Positions 46,494 to 55,057 of a DNA stretch of 64,000 nt are shown here, piece after piece. Every line of letters starts with the position of its first letter. Positions within the stretch are counted from its first letter, which is position 1. The position numbers and the translations under genes were made by a program. The notes below the pieces were generated by a model. It saw only the letters and a list, made by a program, of their open reading frames with translations, had not been told where the DNA came from and did not search any database. Origin of the DNA: an uncultured Gammaproteobacteria bacterium (lineage in GTDB: Bacteria; Patescibacteriota; Microgenomatia; Levybacterales; UBA12049); contig CAZAZU010000003.1 of assembly GCA_964490105.1 (NCBI GenBank), forward strand, positions 245 through 64,244, written 5' to 3'.

Positions 46494-46998
46494 GGGAAAA
46501 ACCTCATTATTTGATGGTAAGAGAGTTTTAAAATCAGATAAAAAAGTTGAGACTTACGGCACGATTGATGAGTTGAACTCTGCGATTGGTGTAGCTTCAG
46601 CTTTTATTAAGATAGCCTCAGTAAATAAGGAGTTAGAGGAAATTCAAAATGATCTTTTAGAAATCGGTTCGTCGCTGGCTGTTTCTTCTACATTACCAGC
46701 TCCGCAGATTGCAAATCGTCCTAAAGAGTTTGAAGTTTTAATTGATAAATTGACTAAAGAAATGCCACCTCTTAGTCAATTTATTTTGCCGGGCGGTGGA
46801 AAGGGCGGATCTCTTATTCATGTTGCACGTACGATAGCTAGGAGGGCTGAAAGACGTATCGTAGATTTAAATAGAACTGAAGAGATAGACAATACTATTA
46901 TTGTTTATTTAAACCGTTTATCAGATTTATTGTTTACCATTGCCAGATTTGTAAATTACAAAGAAAAGAAAAAAGAAAAAATCTGGAGGAAAAAATGA
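46459..46998 (+). CDS. pduO: ATP:cob(I)alamin adenosyltransferase, PduO type
   Basis: IYTKTGDKG, YGTIDELNS, FILPGG, RRAERR, YLNRLSDLLF. Confidence 0.95.
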   Translation: MAGPIYTKTGDKGKTSLFDGKRVLKSDKKVETYGTIDELNSAIGVASAFIKIASVNKELEEIQNDLLEIGSSLAVSSTLPAPQIANRPKEFEVLIDKLTKEMPPLSQFILPGGGKGGSLIHVARTIARRAERRIVDLNRTEEIDNTIIVYLNRLSDLLFTIARFVNYKEKKKEKIWRKK

Positions 46999-48386
46999 GC
47001 CCTGATGTTAAGCCGTTGATTCCAGATTTGTCTCGTGAAATAGCGAACAGAAAATATTCACATGCTGACAGAAGAATAAACGGGAGCTTAGCGACAGTTG
47101 TTTTGGTAAATTCATTAGTAGGTGTTCCGTCTGTAACTCCAGCTGATATAAATATTTCACTTGGCGCTCCAGTTGGAGTGGTTGAAGCTAGCTTAGGTGA
47201 TTATCAAAAGCCTGATTTGAAAACAGTTGTAATCTTCGATCAGGGTTTACGATTTCCGCCTTCAAACACACCTGGTATAACAAGCGAAATAGAGGCTCCA
47301 ATTTTTGCTACCAAAGAAGCAGGTTCTGATCCAAGTAAGCGTGCTGCTGCATACGACTTTAATTTAGATGTTATTGCGAGAGAAAGTATAAAAAGTGTTG
47401 AAGATCCTGTGCTTAGACAGCTAAAGTTAGAGGAGCAAAAAAGATATGTTAAAACTCAAGTTGAAACTCTTTTGGGAGAAAAAATGCATGTTCTTTTGAG
47501 AATTACCCGATATGACATTAAGGATGGAAAGTTTTACGGAGAAGATATGCCTGGTCCTGCAATCGAGTCTTTTAAAAGAGGAAGGGATCACAGGAGATTG
47601 CATGGAAATTCCGTAGATCATAAAAGAGAAGATGCAGAGATAGATGGAATCGAATTAATTGAATCAAGAATGGCAGAGGTTGAAATTGGAGATGAGGAGT
47701 TTTTTGCTTCCCCTCCAGGAGGAACTTATCCTGGGAATTTTTACGATATTGCAACAAAAAAAGTAGATGAGAGAGGGGAATATGTGGAATTTAGGCGATA
47801 TAGTTCAGGTTTAAGTTATGAAGAATACAGAGATTTTTACAGAGAAATGGGTGCTGAAACTCCCGATGATCCATCTGACGCATTTTTCTTGAGTACTCCG
47901 ATTCAAATTAAAGATTCTAGGTTTCAGGATGCAGACGCTTTGCACGCATATTTACATCGAGATCATGAGTATATGGAAAGAGAAGAGTTTGATCAAATCA
48001 TGCGCTTCTCAAGTGGAGTAGTAGAAAATTATGCTGCAAATCCTACTCTTTTTAACCTTAGAGCGGCGATTAATAAGGCTGATGAGGTAAGAAAAATGCG
48101 TAAAGAAGGGATAGAAGTTGTCATGAGTTACAGTGCTATTGATCTTAATCGAGAAATTATGGCTCTAGGTTCTCAAAAGGTAGACATAGAAAACCTGCCC
48201 TGCGGCAACCTGAATTTAAATGAAGCTGATGGACCGGCTGATACAGTAAGTGCATTTGACAGGAGTTATGAATTTGATGCAGTGGGAGCTTGCGTATCAT
48301 GTGGCAGGGAGGGTATGCTCGGCCCATGTGGATTGTGTGAGCCGTGTGATGCAAAAGCACGAAGAGATCAGAAAAAACTCAAATAG
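46995..48386 (+). CDS. Hypothetical protein with C-terminal CxxC..CxxCxxC zinc-binding motif
   Basis: Long ORF. C-terminal CVSCG..GPCGLCEPCD. Confidence 0.7.
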   Translation: MSPDVKPLIPDLSREIANRKYSHADRRINGSLATVVLVNSLVGVPSVTPADINISLGAPVGVVEASLGDYQKPDLKTVVIFDQGLRFPPSNTPGITSEIEAPIFATKEAGSDPSKRAAAYDFNLDVIARESIKSVEDPVLRQLKLEEQKRYVKTQVETLLGEKMHVLLRITRYDIKDGKFYGEDMPGPAIESFKRGRDHRRLHGNSVDHKREDAEIDGIELIESRMAEVEIGDEEFFASPPGGTYPGNFYDIATKKVDERGEYVEFRRYSSGLSYEEYRDFYREMGAETPDDPSDAFFLSTPIQIKDSRFQDADALHAYLHRDHEYMEREEFDQIMRFSSGVVENYAANPTLFNLRAAINKADEVRKMRKEGIEVVMSYSAIDLNREIMALGSQKVDIENLPCGNLNLNEADGPADTVSAFDRSYEFDAVGACVSCGREGMLGPCGLCEPCDAKARRDQKKLK

Positions 48387-48447
48387 CTGTTAGTTTTTTG
48401 TAATGATTATTTCAAGCCCCAGAGCTTTATTGTGATAATATAGTTAT

Positions 48448-48816
48448 ATGAATGAAGATCAAAATTTGATACCTAAAATTCCTGCCGCGCCAGTTCCATC
48501 TGAAGCAGAAAAGCTAGCTAGAGCTGAAATTGCGCAAGCTGATGACTTCACACAGGCAACACATCAACTGCCTGTGATTGCAGATGAGCTTTCGACGTTT
48601 ATAAAGCCAGTAGCTCAACCCGAGCATTCGCTTGAGGGAACAGGTGCGATGCAAACTCCCGCAAAGCTCTCTACGGTAGATGGATCTGGAATTAGTTTAC
48701 CTGATGGTTTTGGTACACCTGAAGCTGCAATCGCTGCAACAAAAGGAAAAGCTACTGAAGGATCAACGGGTGCTGGTTTAGTATACGAAAGACAAATAGA
48801 AAGAAAGGCAGCTTAA
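48448..48816 (+). CDS. Hypothetical protein
   Basis: ORF ending 2 nt before the virD4-like gene. Confidence 0.6.
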   Translation: MNEDQNLIPKIPAAPVPSEAEKLARAEIAQADDFTQATHQLPVIADELSTFIKPVAQPEHSLEGTGAMQTPAKLSTVDGSGISLPDGFGTPEAAIAATKGKATEGSTGAGLVYERQIERKAA

Positions 48817-48818
48817 CT

Positions 48819-51179
48819 ATGATAGGAAATCCTTTCGCATTAATGTTTAACCTCATGTTGGCCATATTAATTCTTGGCCTTCTTTCTGCTGTAATCGGGG
48901 GGATCAGTTATTTGCTAGCTCTTAGATATAAATTTAGAAATAGAGAAAAAGCTTCTCTTGATTCAACTTTACTCCAGATTGCACTGCCACGTGACAACGA
49001 GATAAAAATTGATGCTGCAGAGCAATTGTTTGCAAGCTTTGCCTCATTACACAAGAGCGGAAAACCACAATGGCTAGTAGATCAGCCGGTTCTTTCTTTT
49101 GAAATCGTTGGAATGCCTGGAGATATTAGATTTTTTGTTTCTGTCCCAAATAAATATAAAGATTTTGTGGAAAAACAGATTAACGGAGCCTATCCTGATG
49201 CTGAAATAAAAGAAGTTACTGAAAAAACCTCTTTAAAAGAAGGGTTTGTGGTCGGAAATGATTACAATATTTTCGGAGAAAATTCTAAAGTGGCATTTGC
49301 TCAGTTAGGGCTAAAGAAATCTAATTATGAGCCAATTAAAACTTATAAAGAATTTGCTGTAGATCCGCTTTCGACCATCACTTCAGTATTAGCGAAAATG
49401 ACAGAAGGGGAGGGAGCAGCTATACAAATTCTTGTTTCTCCGGCTGAATCAGGATGGAAGAAGTTAGGTAAAGATCACGTCTCTCATACTAAGAAAGAAG
49501 AGGCAAATCCTGAAACCGCTAAGTATTCAGTGGATGCAAAAGAACTTGAGTCAATTGAATCAAAAGTCAGTAAGCCCGGATTTAATACAGTTATTAGGTT
49601 AGTTGTTGCGTCATCAACTAAGGAAACAGCTGAAGCTCATTTAAGTAATATTAAAAATGCTTTTAGTCAGTTTAATGGTCATAATTCTTTCACAAAAGTT
49701 TCGGTTAAAAGACAAAAAGCATTTATGGATGATTTTATATACAGATATCATCAGAGACGCGGTGCTCCTTCAATTCTTAGTTCTGAAGAACTAGCTACAA
49801 TTTTTCATTTTCCAAATAAGTCTGTGTCGACCCCGCATATTTACTGGGTTAGTTCTAAAAGAGCACCAGTTGCCGCACATGTTCCAACAACCGGTCTTTT
49901 CTTAGGGAAGAGCGTTTATCGTGGATTATCACGGGATGTTTATGTAGAGAGGGATGATAGAAGAAGACATACTTATATTATCGGAAAAACCGGAACCGGA
50001 AAAACAGAATTTTTAAAACAAATGATTCTTCAGGATATAAAAAACGGAGAGGGAGTAGGAGTAGTAGATCCTCATGGAGATCTTATTGAAGATATATTGC
50101 AAATGATTCCTCCAGAGCGCGCAGAGGACGTAATTTTATTTGACCCTTCAGATACAAGCAGACCAATGGGACTTAATATGTTAGAAGCTGATACTGAAGA
50201 AGAAAAGCACTACGTTGTTTCTTCTATAGTGGGGCTTATGTATAAGCTTTATGATCCGAATAAAACTGGTATTATCGGACCCCGTTTTGAGCACGCGATT
50301 CGTAACGCGATGCTTACAGTTATGAGTAGAAAAGGAAGCACATTTATCGAGGTCGTTCGCGTTCTAACTGATGCAAATTTTGTTCAGGAACTTCTTCCTC
50401 ACGTTCAGGATCCAATTGTTAGACGTTACTGGACAGATCAGATTGCACAGACTTCAGACTTCCATAAGTCAGAGGTTTTGGATTACATCGTTTCAAAGTT
50501 CGGCCGTTTCGTTACAAATAAAACTATGAGAAATATTATTGGCCAATCTGAATCGGCATTTAACATGAAGTATGTAATGGACAATCAGAAGATTCTTCTT
50601 ATAAATCTCTCAAAAGGAAAGATTGGAGAAGAGAACTCAAGCTTCTTAGGTTTGATTCTTGTCCCAAAGATTCTAATTGCAGCTATGAGCAGGCAGAATA
50701 TGCCGATGGAGCAAAGAAAAGACTTTTTTCTCTACGTTGACGAGTTCCAGAATTTTGCTACCCCTGACTTTGCCCAGATTTTATCAGAAGCACGAAAATA
50801 TCGTTTGGATTTAATTGTGGCAAATCAATTTATAGGGCAAATGGAAGAAGAAGTTAAAAATGCTATTTTTGGAAACGTAGGTACACTGGCTGCTTTCCGT
50901 GTAGGAGTAACTGATGCAAATTATCTTCAACACGAATTTCAGCCTACATTTTCAGAAGCAGATCTTATAAACATTGATCGTTTCAATTGTTATATGAGAA
51001 CTGTAGTAAACGGTGAGCCAGTTCCTCCATTTTCTCTTGATACCACAAAAGATATGGAACAAGAGCAAGCTGCTAAGAATCCAAGAGTTGCAGAATTAAT
51101 AAAAGAATTATCAAGGTTAAAGTATGGAAAAGATGTGAACGTAATAGAGCAGGTAATAGGTCAACGCGCCCAACTATAA
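48819..51179 (+). CDS. VirD4/TraD-like type IV coupling ATPase
   Basis: N-terminal TM, RRRHTYIIGKTGTGKT, DPHGDL, LYVDEFQNF, LSEARKY, ANQFIGQ. Confidence 0.88.
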   Translation: MIGNPFALMFNLMLAILILGLLSAVIGGISYLLALRYKFRNREKASLDSTLLQIALPRDNEIKIDAAEQLFASFASLHKSGKPQWLVDQPVLSFEIVGMPGDIRFFVSVPNKYKDFVEKQINGAYPDAEIKEVTEKTSLKEGFVVGNDYNIFGENSKVAFAQLGLKKSNYEPIKTYKEFAVDPLSTITSVLAKMTEGEGAAIQILVSPAESGWKKLGKDHVSHTKKEEANPETAKYSVDAKELESIESKVSKPGFNTVIRLVVASSTKETAEAHLSNIKNAFSQFNGHNSFTKVSVKRQKAFMDDFIYRYHQRRGAPSILSSEELATIFHFPNKSVSTPHIYWVSSKRAPVAAHVPTTGLFLGKSVYRGLSRDVYVERDDRRRHTYIIGKTGTGKTEFLKQMILQDIKNGEGVGVVDPHGDLIEDILQMIPPERAEDVILFDPSDTSRPMGLNMLEADTEEEKHYVVSSIVGLMYKLYDPNKTGIIGPRFEHAIRNAMLTVMSRKGSTFIEVVRVLTDANFVQELLPHVQDPIVRRYWTDQIAQTSDFHKSEVLDYIVSKFGRFVTNKTMRNIIGQSESAFNMKYVMDNQKILLINLSKGKIGEENSSFLGLILVPKILIAAMSRQNMPMEQRKDFFLYVDEFQNFATPDFAQILSEARKYRLDLIVANQFIGQMEEEVKNAIFGNVGTLAAFRVGVTDANYLQHEFQPTFSEADLINIDRFNCYMRTVVNGEPVPPFSLDTTKDMEQEQAAKNPRVAELIKELSRLKYGKDVNVIEQVIGQRAQL

Positions 51180-51184
51180 TGATG

Positions 51185-51256
51185 TGGGCTAGCTTGGGAT
51201 CGAACCAAGGACATCTACTTTATAAGAGTAGCGCTCTACCACTGAGCTACTAGCCC
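51185..51256 (-). tRNA. tRNA-Ile(TAT)
   Basis: GGGCTAG acceptor, anticodon arm CTACT-CTTATAA-AGTAG, TTCGATC, A73. Confidence 0.92.
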
Positions 51257-51306
51257 GAATGGAGAGTATTATAACATTTCCAACCTGAAATTTGCCTGGG
51301 GTTAAA

Positions 51307-52167
51307 TTAAAGCTCTGAGAGGACTTGGGATTCTGAGGCTCTATCCGGAACGTATTCTAAGTATCTTTCTGTAGTAGATAATCTCTTGTGACCTAATATT
51401 TTTGAAAGTAAAACAATTGAAGCTCCATGTTTTAAGTGATGAGCCACAAAAGTATGTCTTAAATCATTTACCTTCGCATTTTTAATCTCAGCTAATCTAA
51501 AGTATCTTTCAACTGAAGTTCTAATGTTTCTAATTAAGAAGGGCTTTCCTGATTTAGTAATAAACAAATGATCTTCTGTTACTTTTGGACGAATATCCAG
51601 ATACCTTTTTAAGGCTTCCTGAGCCCTTTTATTAAGGGGAACTAGGCGTTCGCCGTGTTTCTCCATTGCCGGGATATGAAGTGAGTCTTTTTGAATGTCT
51701 GAAAGACGTAGTGCTGTTAATTCTCCGATTCTGATACCTGTTTGAAGTAATAATTCAATAATTGCCGACATTCTAGCATCATTTCTAGCTGCATCACGTA
51801 GCGCTCTATATTCAGTTGGAGTTAAGATTCTAGGAGGAGCAAGCTGATATTTAGGATGTGCGACTAATAGAGAAGGGTCATCAGTGATGAATTCATTGAT
51901 TTTTAAAAACCTATAAAAAGTTCTCGTAGAATTAATTTTTCTGGAAATTGACTTAGGAGTGTAGCCGTCGTTATTCATTTTAGCTAAGAAAGCTTCAATG
52001 TCTTCCTTAGAGACATCATGAACATGCTGTCTTTCAAGCTCATTTAAGAAGCCAACAAGCTGCTCGATGTCTTTTCCGTATGCTACAATTGTAGAGGTCG
52101 AATGACCTTTATCTTTTAAAAAACTTTTGAACTGCGAACTGGCATCAGCGAGTTTTATTTGATTCAT
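51307..52167 (-). CDS. XerC/XerD-family tyrosine recombinase
   Basis: SAM-like N-domain, TGIRIGEL, NDLRHTF, LGH, TTERY. Confidence 0.92.
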   Translation of the reverse strand: MNQIKLADASSQFKSFLKDKGHSTSTIVAYGKDIEQLVGFLNELERQHVHDVSKEDIEAFLAKMNNDGYTPKSISRKINSTRTFYRFLKINEFITDDPSLLVAHPKYQLAPPRILTPTEYRALRDAARNDARMSAIIELLLQTGIRIGELTALRLSDIQKDSLHIPAMEKHGERLVPLNKRAQEALKRYLDIRPKVTEDHLFITKSGKPFLIRNIRTSVERYFRLAEIKNAKVNDLRHTFVAHHLKHGASIVLLSKILGHKRLSTTERYLEYVPDRASESQVLSEL

Positions 52168-52207
52168 AATGGCCTATAATATCACAGTTCTGAGCTCGTA
52201 GTCAACT

Positions 52208-52546
52208 ATGAAAAAAATATTTTTCTTAATCTCAATTGCTATCTGTATTCTGATAATTAACGCACTTCTACGCTCAATTTATGACTTATGGAACAAACAG
52301 GACTTAGTTGTTACCGCTGAAAATGATTTAAGAAGAGAAAAAAAGGAAAATGAGAAATTAAAGCAGCAATTGGTCTTAGTGCAAGATGAAAATTTTGTAG
52401 AGACTGAGGCTAGAAATAAGCTTTTTATGGTTAAACCTGGAGAATCGGGAGTAATAGTTCCATCAGAATTGATCCAGAAGAAAGAGAAAAAAGAAGTTGA
52501 AAATATTCCAAACTGGCAAAAATGGGTGAAATTATTTAAAAATTAA
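52208..52546 (+). CDS. Septum formation initiator (FtsB/DivIC family)
   Basis: TM, coiled coil, FVETEARNKLFMVKPGE. Confidence 0.88.
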   Translation: MKKIFFLISIAICILIINALLRSIYDLWNKQDLVVTAENDLRREKKENEKLKQQLVLVQDENFVETEARNKLFMVKPGESGVIVPSELIQKKEKKEVENIPNWQKWVKLFKN

Positions 52547-53322
52547 GATTCTTTTATTTTAATTTCTGTTTCAACTGCTGGTTTGTCGAATAAATTTGAA
52601 GCAGATCCACCCCGCAGGAATAATTCCATGAATCGGTCGGTGTGCCCTGAAGAGCCTGGTGCAAAAGCTAATTCTCCCTCGTGAATATTAAAAGTGCCGT
52701 CAGTATACGTAGCTACATGTTTTTTACCGTTAACCTCAACTGTTAGCATTTGTCCTGGTTTATATTTAGCCTCAGATGAGTAGATAGATGTTTTTATATT
52801 TCCATAACCATCAATTGAGGCGATAACATTTTTAGGAGCATCGGGAATGATGCTTACACTTTCAGGAGTTCCTATGAAAGACTTATCTCCTTTAATCATT
52901 TTGGCTACAGGAAAGGGATATTTATCTCGGCTTCGGAACTGTGAGCCTTCATTTTCAACAATTACATGATGGAATTTATCAATAAACGGCTTTATAAATG
53001 AGAAATTATAGCCTGCATTTATTCCTACTAACTCAAATCCATTTTTTAGTTTTGCATACATCAGAACTTCTCCTTTATTATTTTTTTGAGCGTGTTTCTT
53101 ATCTTTTCTTGGAGCAGTATTAGAGAAAATGTAAGTTTTTTTTAGGTTTGGAGTAAGTGCTACTTGGTAAATCCAAAAACCGGTATTAACTGTAGAGAAG
53201 GGTGGTGTGGACTGAGTATGAATATATACATCGGGGATAAGGTTTCGAAGTCTAATGATAACCTCTGTAAATGCCGGATCACCTGTTCCGTAATCTGAAA
53301 TTAGAATTAAAGTTTTATCCAC
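52543..53322 (-). CDS. SAM hydroxide adenosyltransferase/halogenase family (DUF62)
   Basis: ISDYGTGD, QFRSRD, SIDGYGNIKT, GSSG..MELF..GGSA. Start probably GTG 53322. Confidence 0.8.
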   Translation of the reverse strand: MDKTLILISDYGTGDPAFTEVIIRLRNLIPDVYIHTQSTPPFSTVNTGFWIYQVALTPNLKKTYIFSNTAPRKDKKHAQKNNKGEVLMYAKLKNGFELVGINAGYNFSFIKPFIDKFHHVIVENEGSQFRSRDKYPFPVAKMIKGDKSFIGTPESVSIIPDAPKNVIASIDGYGNIKTSIYSSEAKYKPGQMLTVEVNGKKHVATYTDGTFNIHEGELAFAPGSSGHTDRFMELFLRGGSASNLFDKPAVETEIKIKES

Positions 53323-53376
53323 AGCCGTTAAATATACCAAAAATAAATTAAAAAAGGAAGCCTAAGCTTTCCTGTA

Positions 53377-53451
53377 TGGTGGCGGCGGCGGGGTTCGAAC
53401 CTGCGACCATTGCCTTATGAAGACACCGCTCTACCACTGAGCTACGCCGCC
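53377..53451 (-). tRNA. tRNA-Met(CAT), elongator type
   Basis: GGCGGCG acceptor with paired 1:72, loop TTCATAA, encoded ACCA. Confidence 0.9.
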
Positions 53452-53545
53452 TAGCGTTGCTTGGGACAAACCTCACGGTTTTTCCCAACGATTTCCCTTT
53501 GTGGTTGCGCGACAGCGGAACTCATCAAGTACGCTGTAACCGCGC
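53452..53545 (-). ncRNA. Unassigned structured RNA/leader upstream of tRNA-Met
   Basis: Two GC-rich hairpins (53507-53545 and 53461-53488, the latter with a GTGA tetraloop) downstream of TTGATT-17-TAAAAT. Confidence 0.45.
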
Positions 53546-53628
53546 ATGTATTTTAACATGTTAAGTAGGCTTAATCAAACTTACGGGAGTTTGCCCTGAG
53601 GCTGTAAAGCTGGTATAATACGCTAACG

Positions 53629-53697
53629 CGCGGGGTAGTGTACAGTGCACGTGAGGCTCATAATCTCACAGGCTAGGCGCAACTCCTAGCCCCGCAA
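53629..53697 (+). tRNA. Initiator tRNA-fMet(CAT), non-canonical
   Basis: CGCGGGG/CCCCGCA-A with C1:A72 mismatch, loop CTCATAA. Promoter TTGCCC-17-TATAAT upstream. Confidence 0.88.
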
Positions 53698-53704
53698 CAC
53701 AGTC

Positions 53705-53730
53705 TAGGCTCGCAATTGCGAGCCTATTTT
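53705..53730 (+). terminator. Terminator after tRNA-fMet
   Basis: TAGGCTCGC-AATT-GCGAGCCTA-TTTT. Confidence 0.8.
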
Positions 53731-53743
53731 ATATAATACGATT

Positions 53744-55057
53744 ATGGATCAATTTAAAAATAAGAAAATTGCGGTAATTGGGGGAGGGTTAGAGGGAAAA
53801 TCCTCTGTAGAATTTTTCAAAAGAAATGGCGCAGATGTAGAAATTCGAGATCAGAATCAGGGCGAAGATTATTTAGAAGATCTTGAAAAGTTTGATTTAA
53901 TAATTCGTTCTCCGGGTGTTAAATTATCAGATCTTGAAGGAAAAGTTGATAGAAAAAAGATCTCTTCTCAGACAAAAATTTTTATGGATCTTTGTCCGTG
54001 CGCAGTAATTGGTGTGACTGGAACAAAGGGAAAGGGAACTACCTCGAGCTTAATATATGAAATGCTTAAGGCGGAGGGCAGGGATGCATATTTAGGGGGA
54101 AATATTGGTGTTCCGCCGTTAGATTTTTTAGAAAAGCTTACTTCAAATTCATGGGTGGTTCTTGAAATGAGCTCATTTCAGCTTGCAGATTTAGAAAAAA
54201 GCCCTCACATAGCAGTGATGCTGATGGTGACTTCGGAGCATATGGATTATCACAATGATATTAATGAATATGTGGAGTCGAAGCGAAACATTTTAAGCCA
54301 CCAGACAGAAAATGATTTTGCAATCGTAAATAGAGATTATCCGCCAAGCAATGAATCTGATATTTTGACTGAAGGAAAAGTTTATTATGTATCCCGGGAG
54401 CGGGAAGTAGAGGAGGGGTGTTTTGCGTTAGGAAACCAGGTAATTCTCAGAACAAACGGTAACTCGATACCTATAATCGATACCCGGGAACTTCTTTTAA
54501 GAGGAGATCATAACCAGGAAAATGTCTGTGCTGCAACAATTGCTGCTTATCTAGCAGGAGTTAGGGTTGGAACCATAATTAAGACCCTGCAGTCATTTAA
54601 AGGTCTGGAGCATAGGCTTGAATTAGTAGCTAAAATAAATGGAGTCGAATACTATAATGATTCATTTTCTACAACGCCTGAAACGGCAATTGCCGCGATA
54701 AAATCTTTTAAAAATCCTGAAATTTTAGTGCTTGGGGGGTCTACGAAGAATAGTGATTTTGCAGAGTTAGGAAAAGTAATAGGGGAAGCAGAAAATATAA
54801 AAGCAATAATTCAAATTGGCGAAGAATGGAACAGGATAAAAGCAGAAATTAAAACAGTTAGACCCGAAACTCTAATAATAGAAGGAGCTAAAAATATGGA
54901 ACAGGTAATTACCGCAGCTTCTAAGATTGCTGTTTCTGGAGATGTTGTTATTCTTTCACCTGCAGCTGCATCTTTTGATAAATTTAAAAATTATAAAGAC
55001 CGCGGAAATCAGTTTAAGGAACAAGTATTTAAATTAAAAGAAAATTCCGCACAATGA
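53744..55057 (+). CDS. murD: UDP-MurNAc-L-Ala--D-glutamate ligase
   Basis: GVTGTKGKGTT, GGNIG, EMSSFQL, HRLE, NDS, LSPAAASFDKF..RG. Confidence 0.96.
   Translation: MDQFKNKKIAVIGGGLEGKSSVEFFKRNGADVEIRDQNQGEDYLEDLEKFDLIIRSPGVKLSDLEGKVDRKKISSQTKIFMDLCPCAVIGVTGTKGKGTTSSLIYEMLKAEGRDAYLGGNIGVPPLDFLEKLTSNSWVVLEMSSFQLADLEKSPHIAVMLMVTSEHMDYHNDINEYVESKRNILSHQTENDFAIVNRDYPPSNESDILTEGKVYYVSREREVEEGCFALGNQVILRTNGNSIPIIDTRELLLRGDHNQENVCAATIAAYLAGVRVGTIIKTLQSFKGLEHRLELVAKINGVEYYNDSFSTTPETAIAAIKSFKNPEILVLGGSTKNSDFAELGKVIGEAENIKAIIQIGEEWNRIKAEIKTVRPETLIIEGAKNMEQVITAASKIAVSGDVVILSPAAASFDKFKNYKDRGNQFKEQVFKLKENSAQ

Noticed and set aside
48819-52167. virD4 - tRNA-Ile - tyrosine recombinase as an integrated element
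   Set aside because: No duplicated tRNA 3' end (att) is visible, the recombinase has XerC/D size and architecture, and the flanks are housekeeping genes.
53315-53323. Perfect DnaA box TTATCCACA far from oriC
   Set aside because: Single copy, coinciding with the GTG-GAT-AAA start of the DUF62 gene. Explainable by coding sequence.
53495-53535. Hammerhead ribozyme (TTGATGAG resembles the CUGAUGAG core)
   Set aside because: No correctly placed stem II-GAAA-stem III. The motif lies in a hairpin loop.
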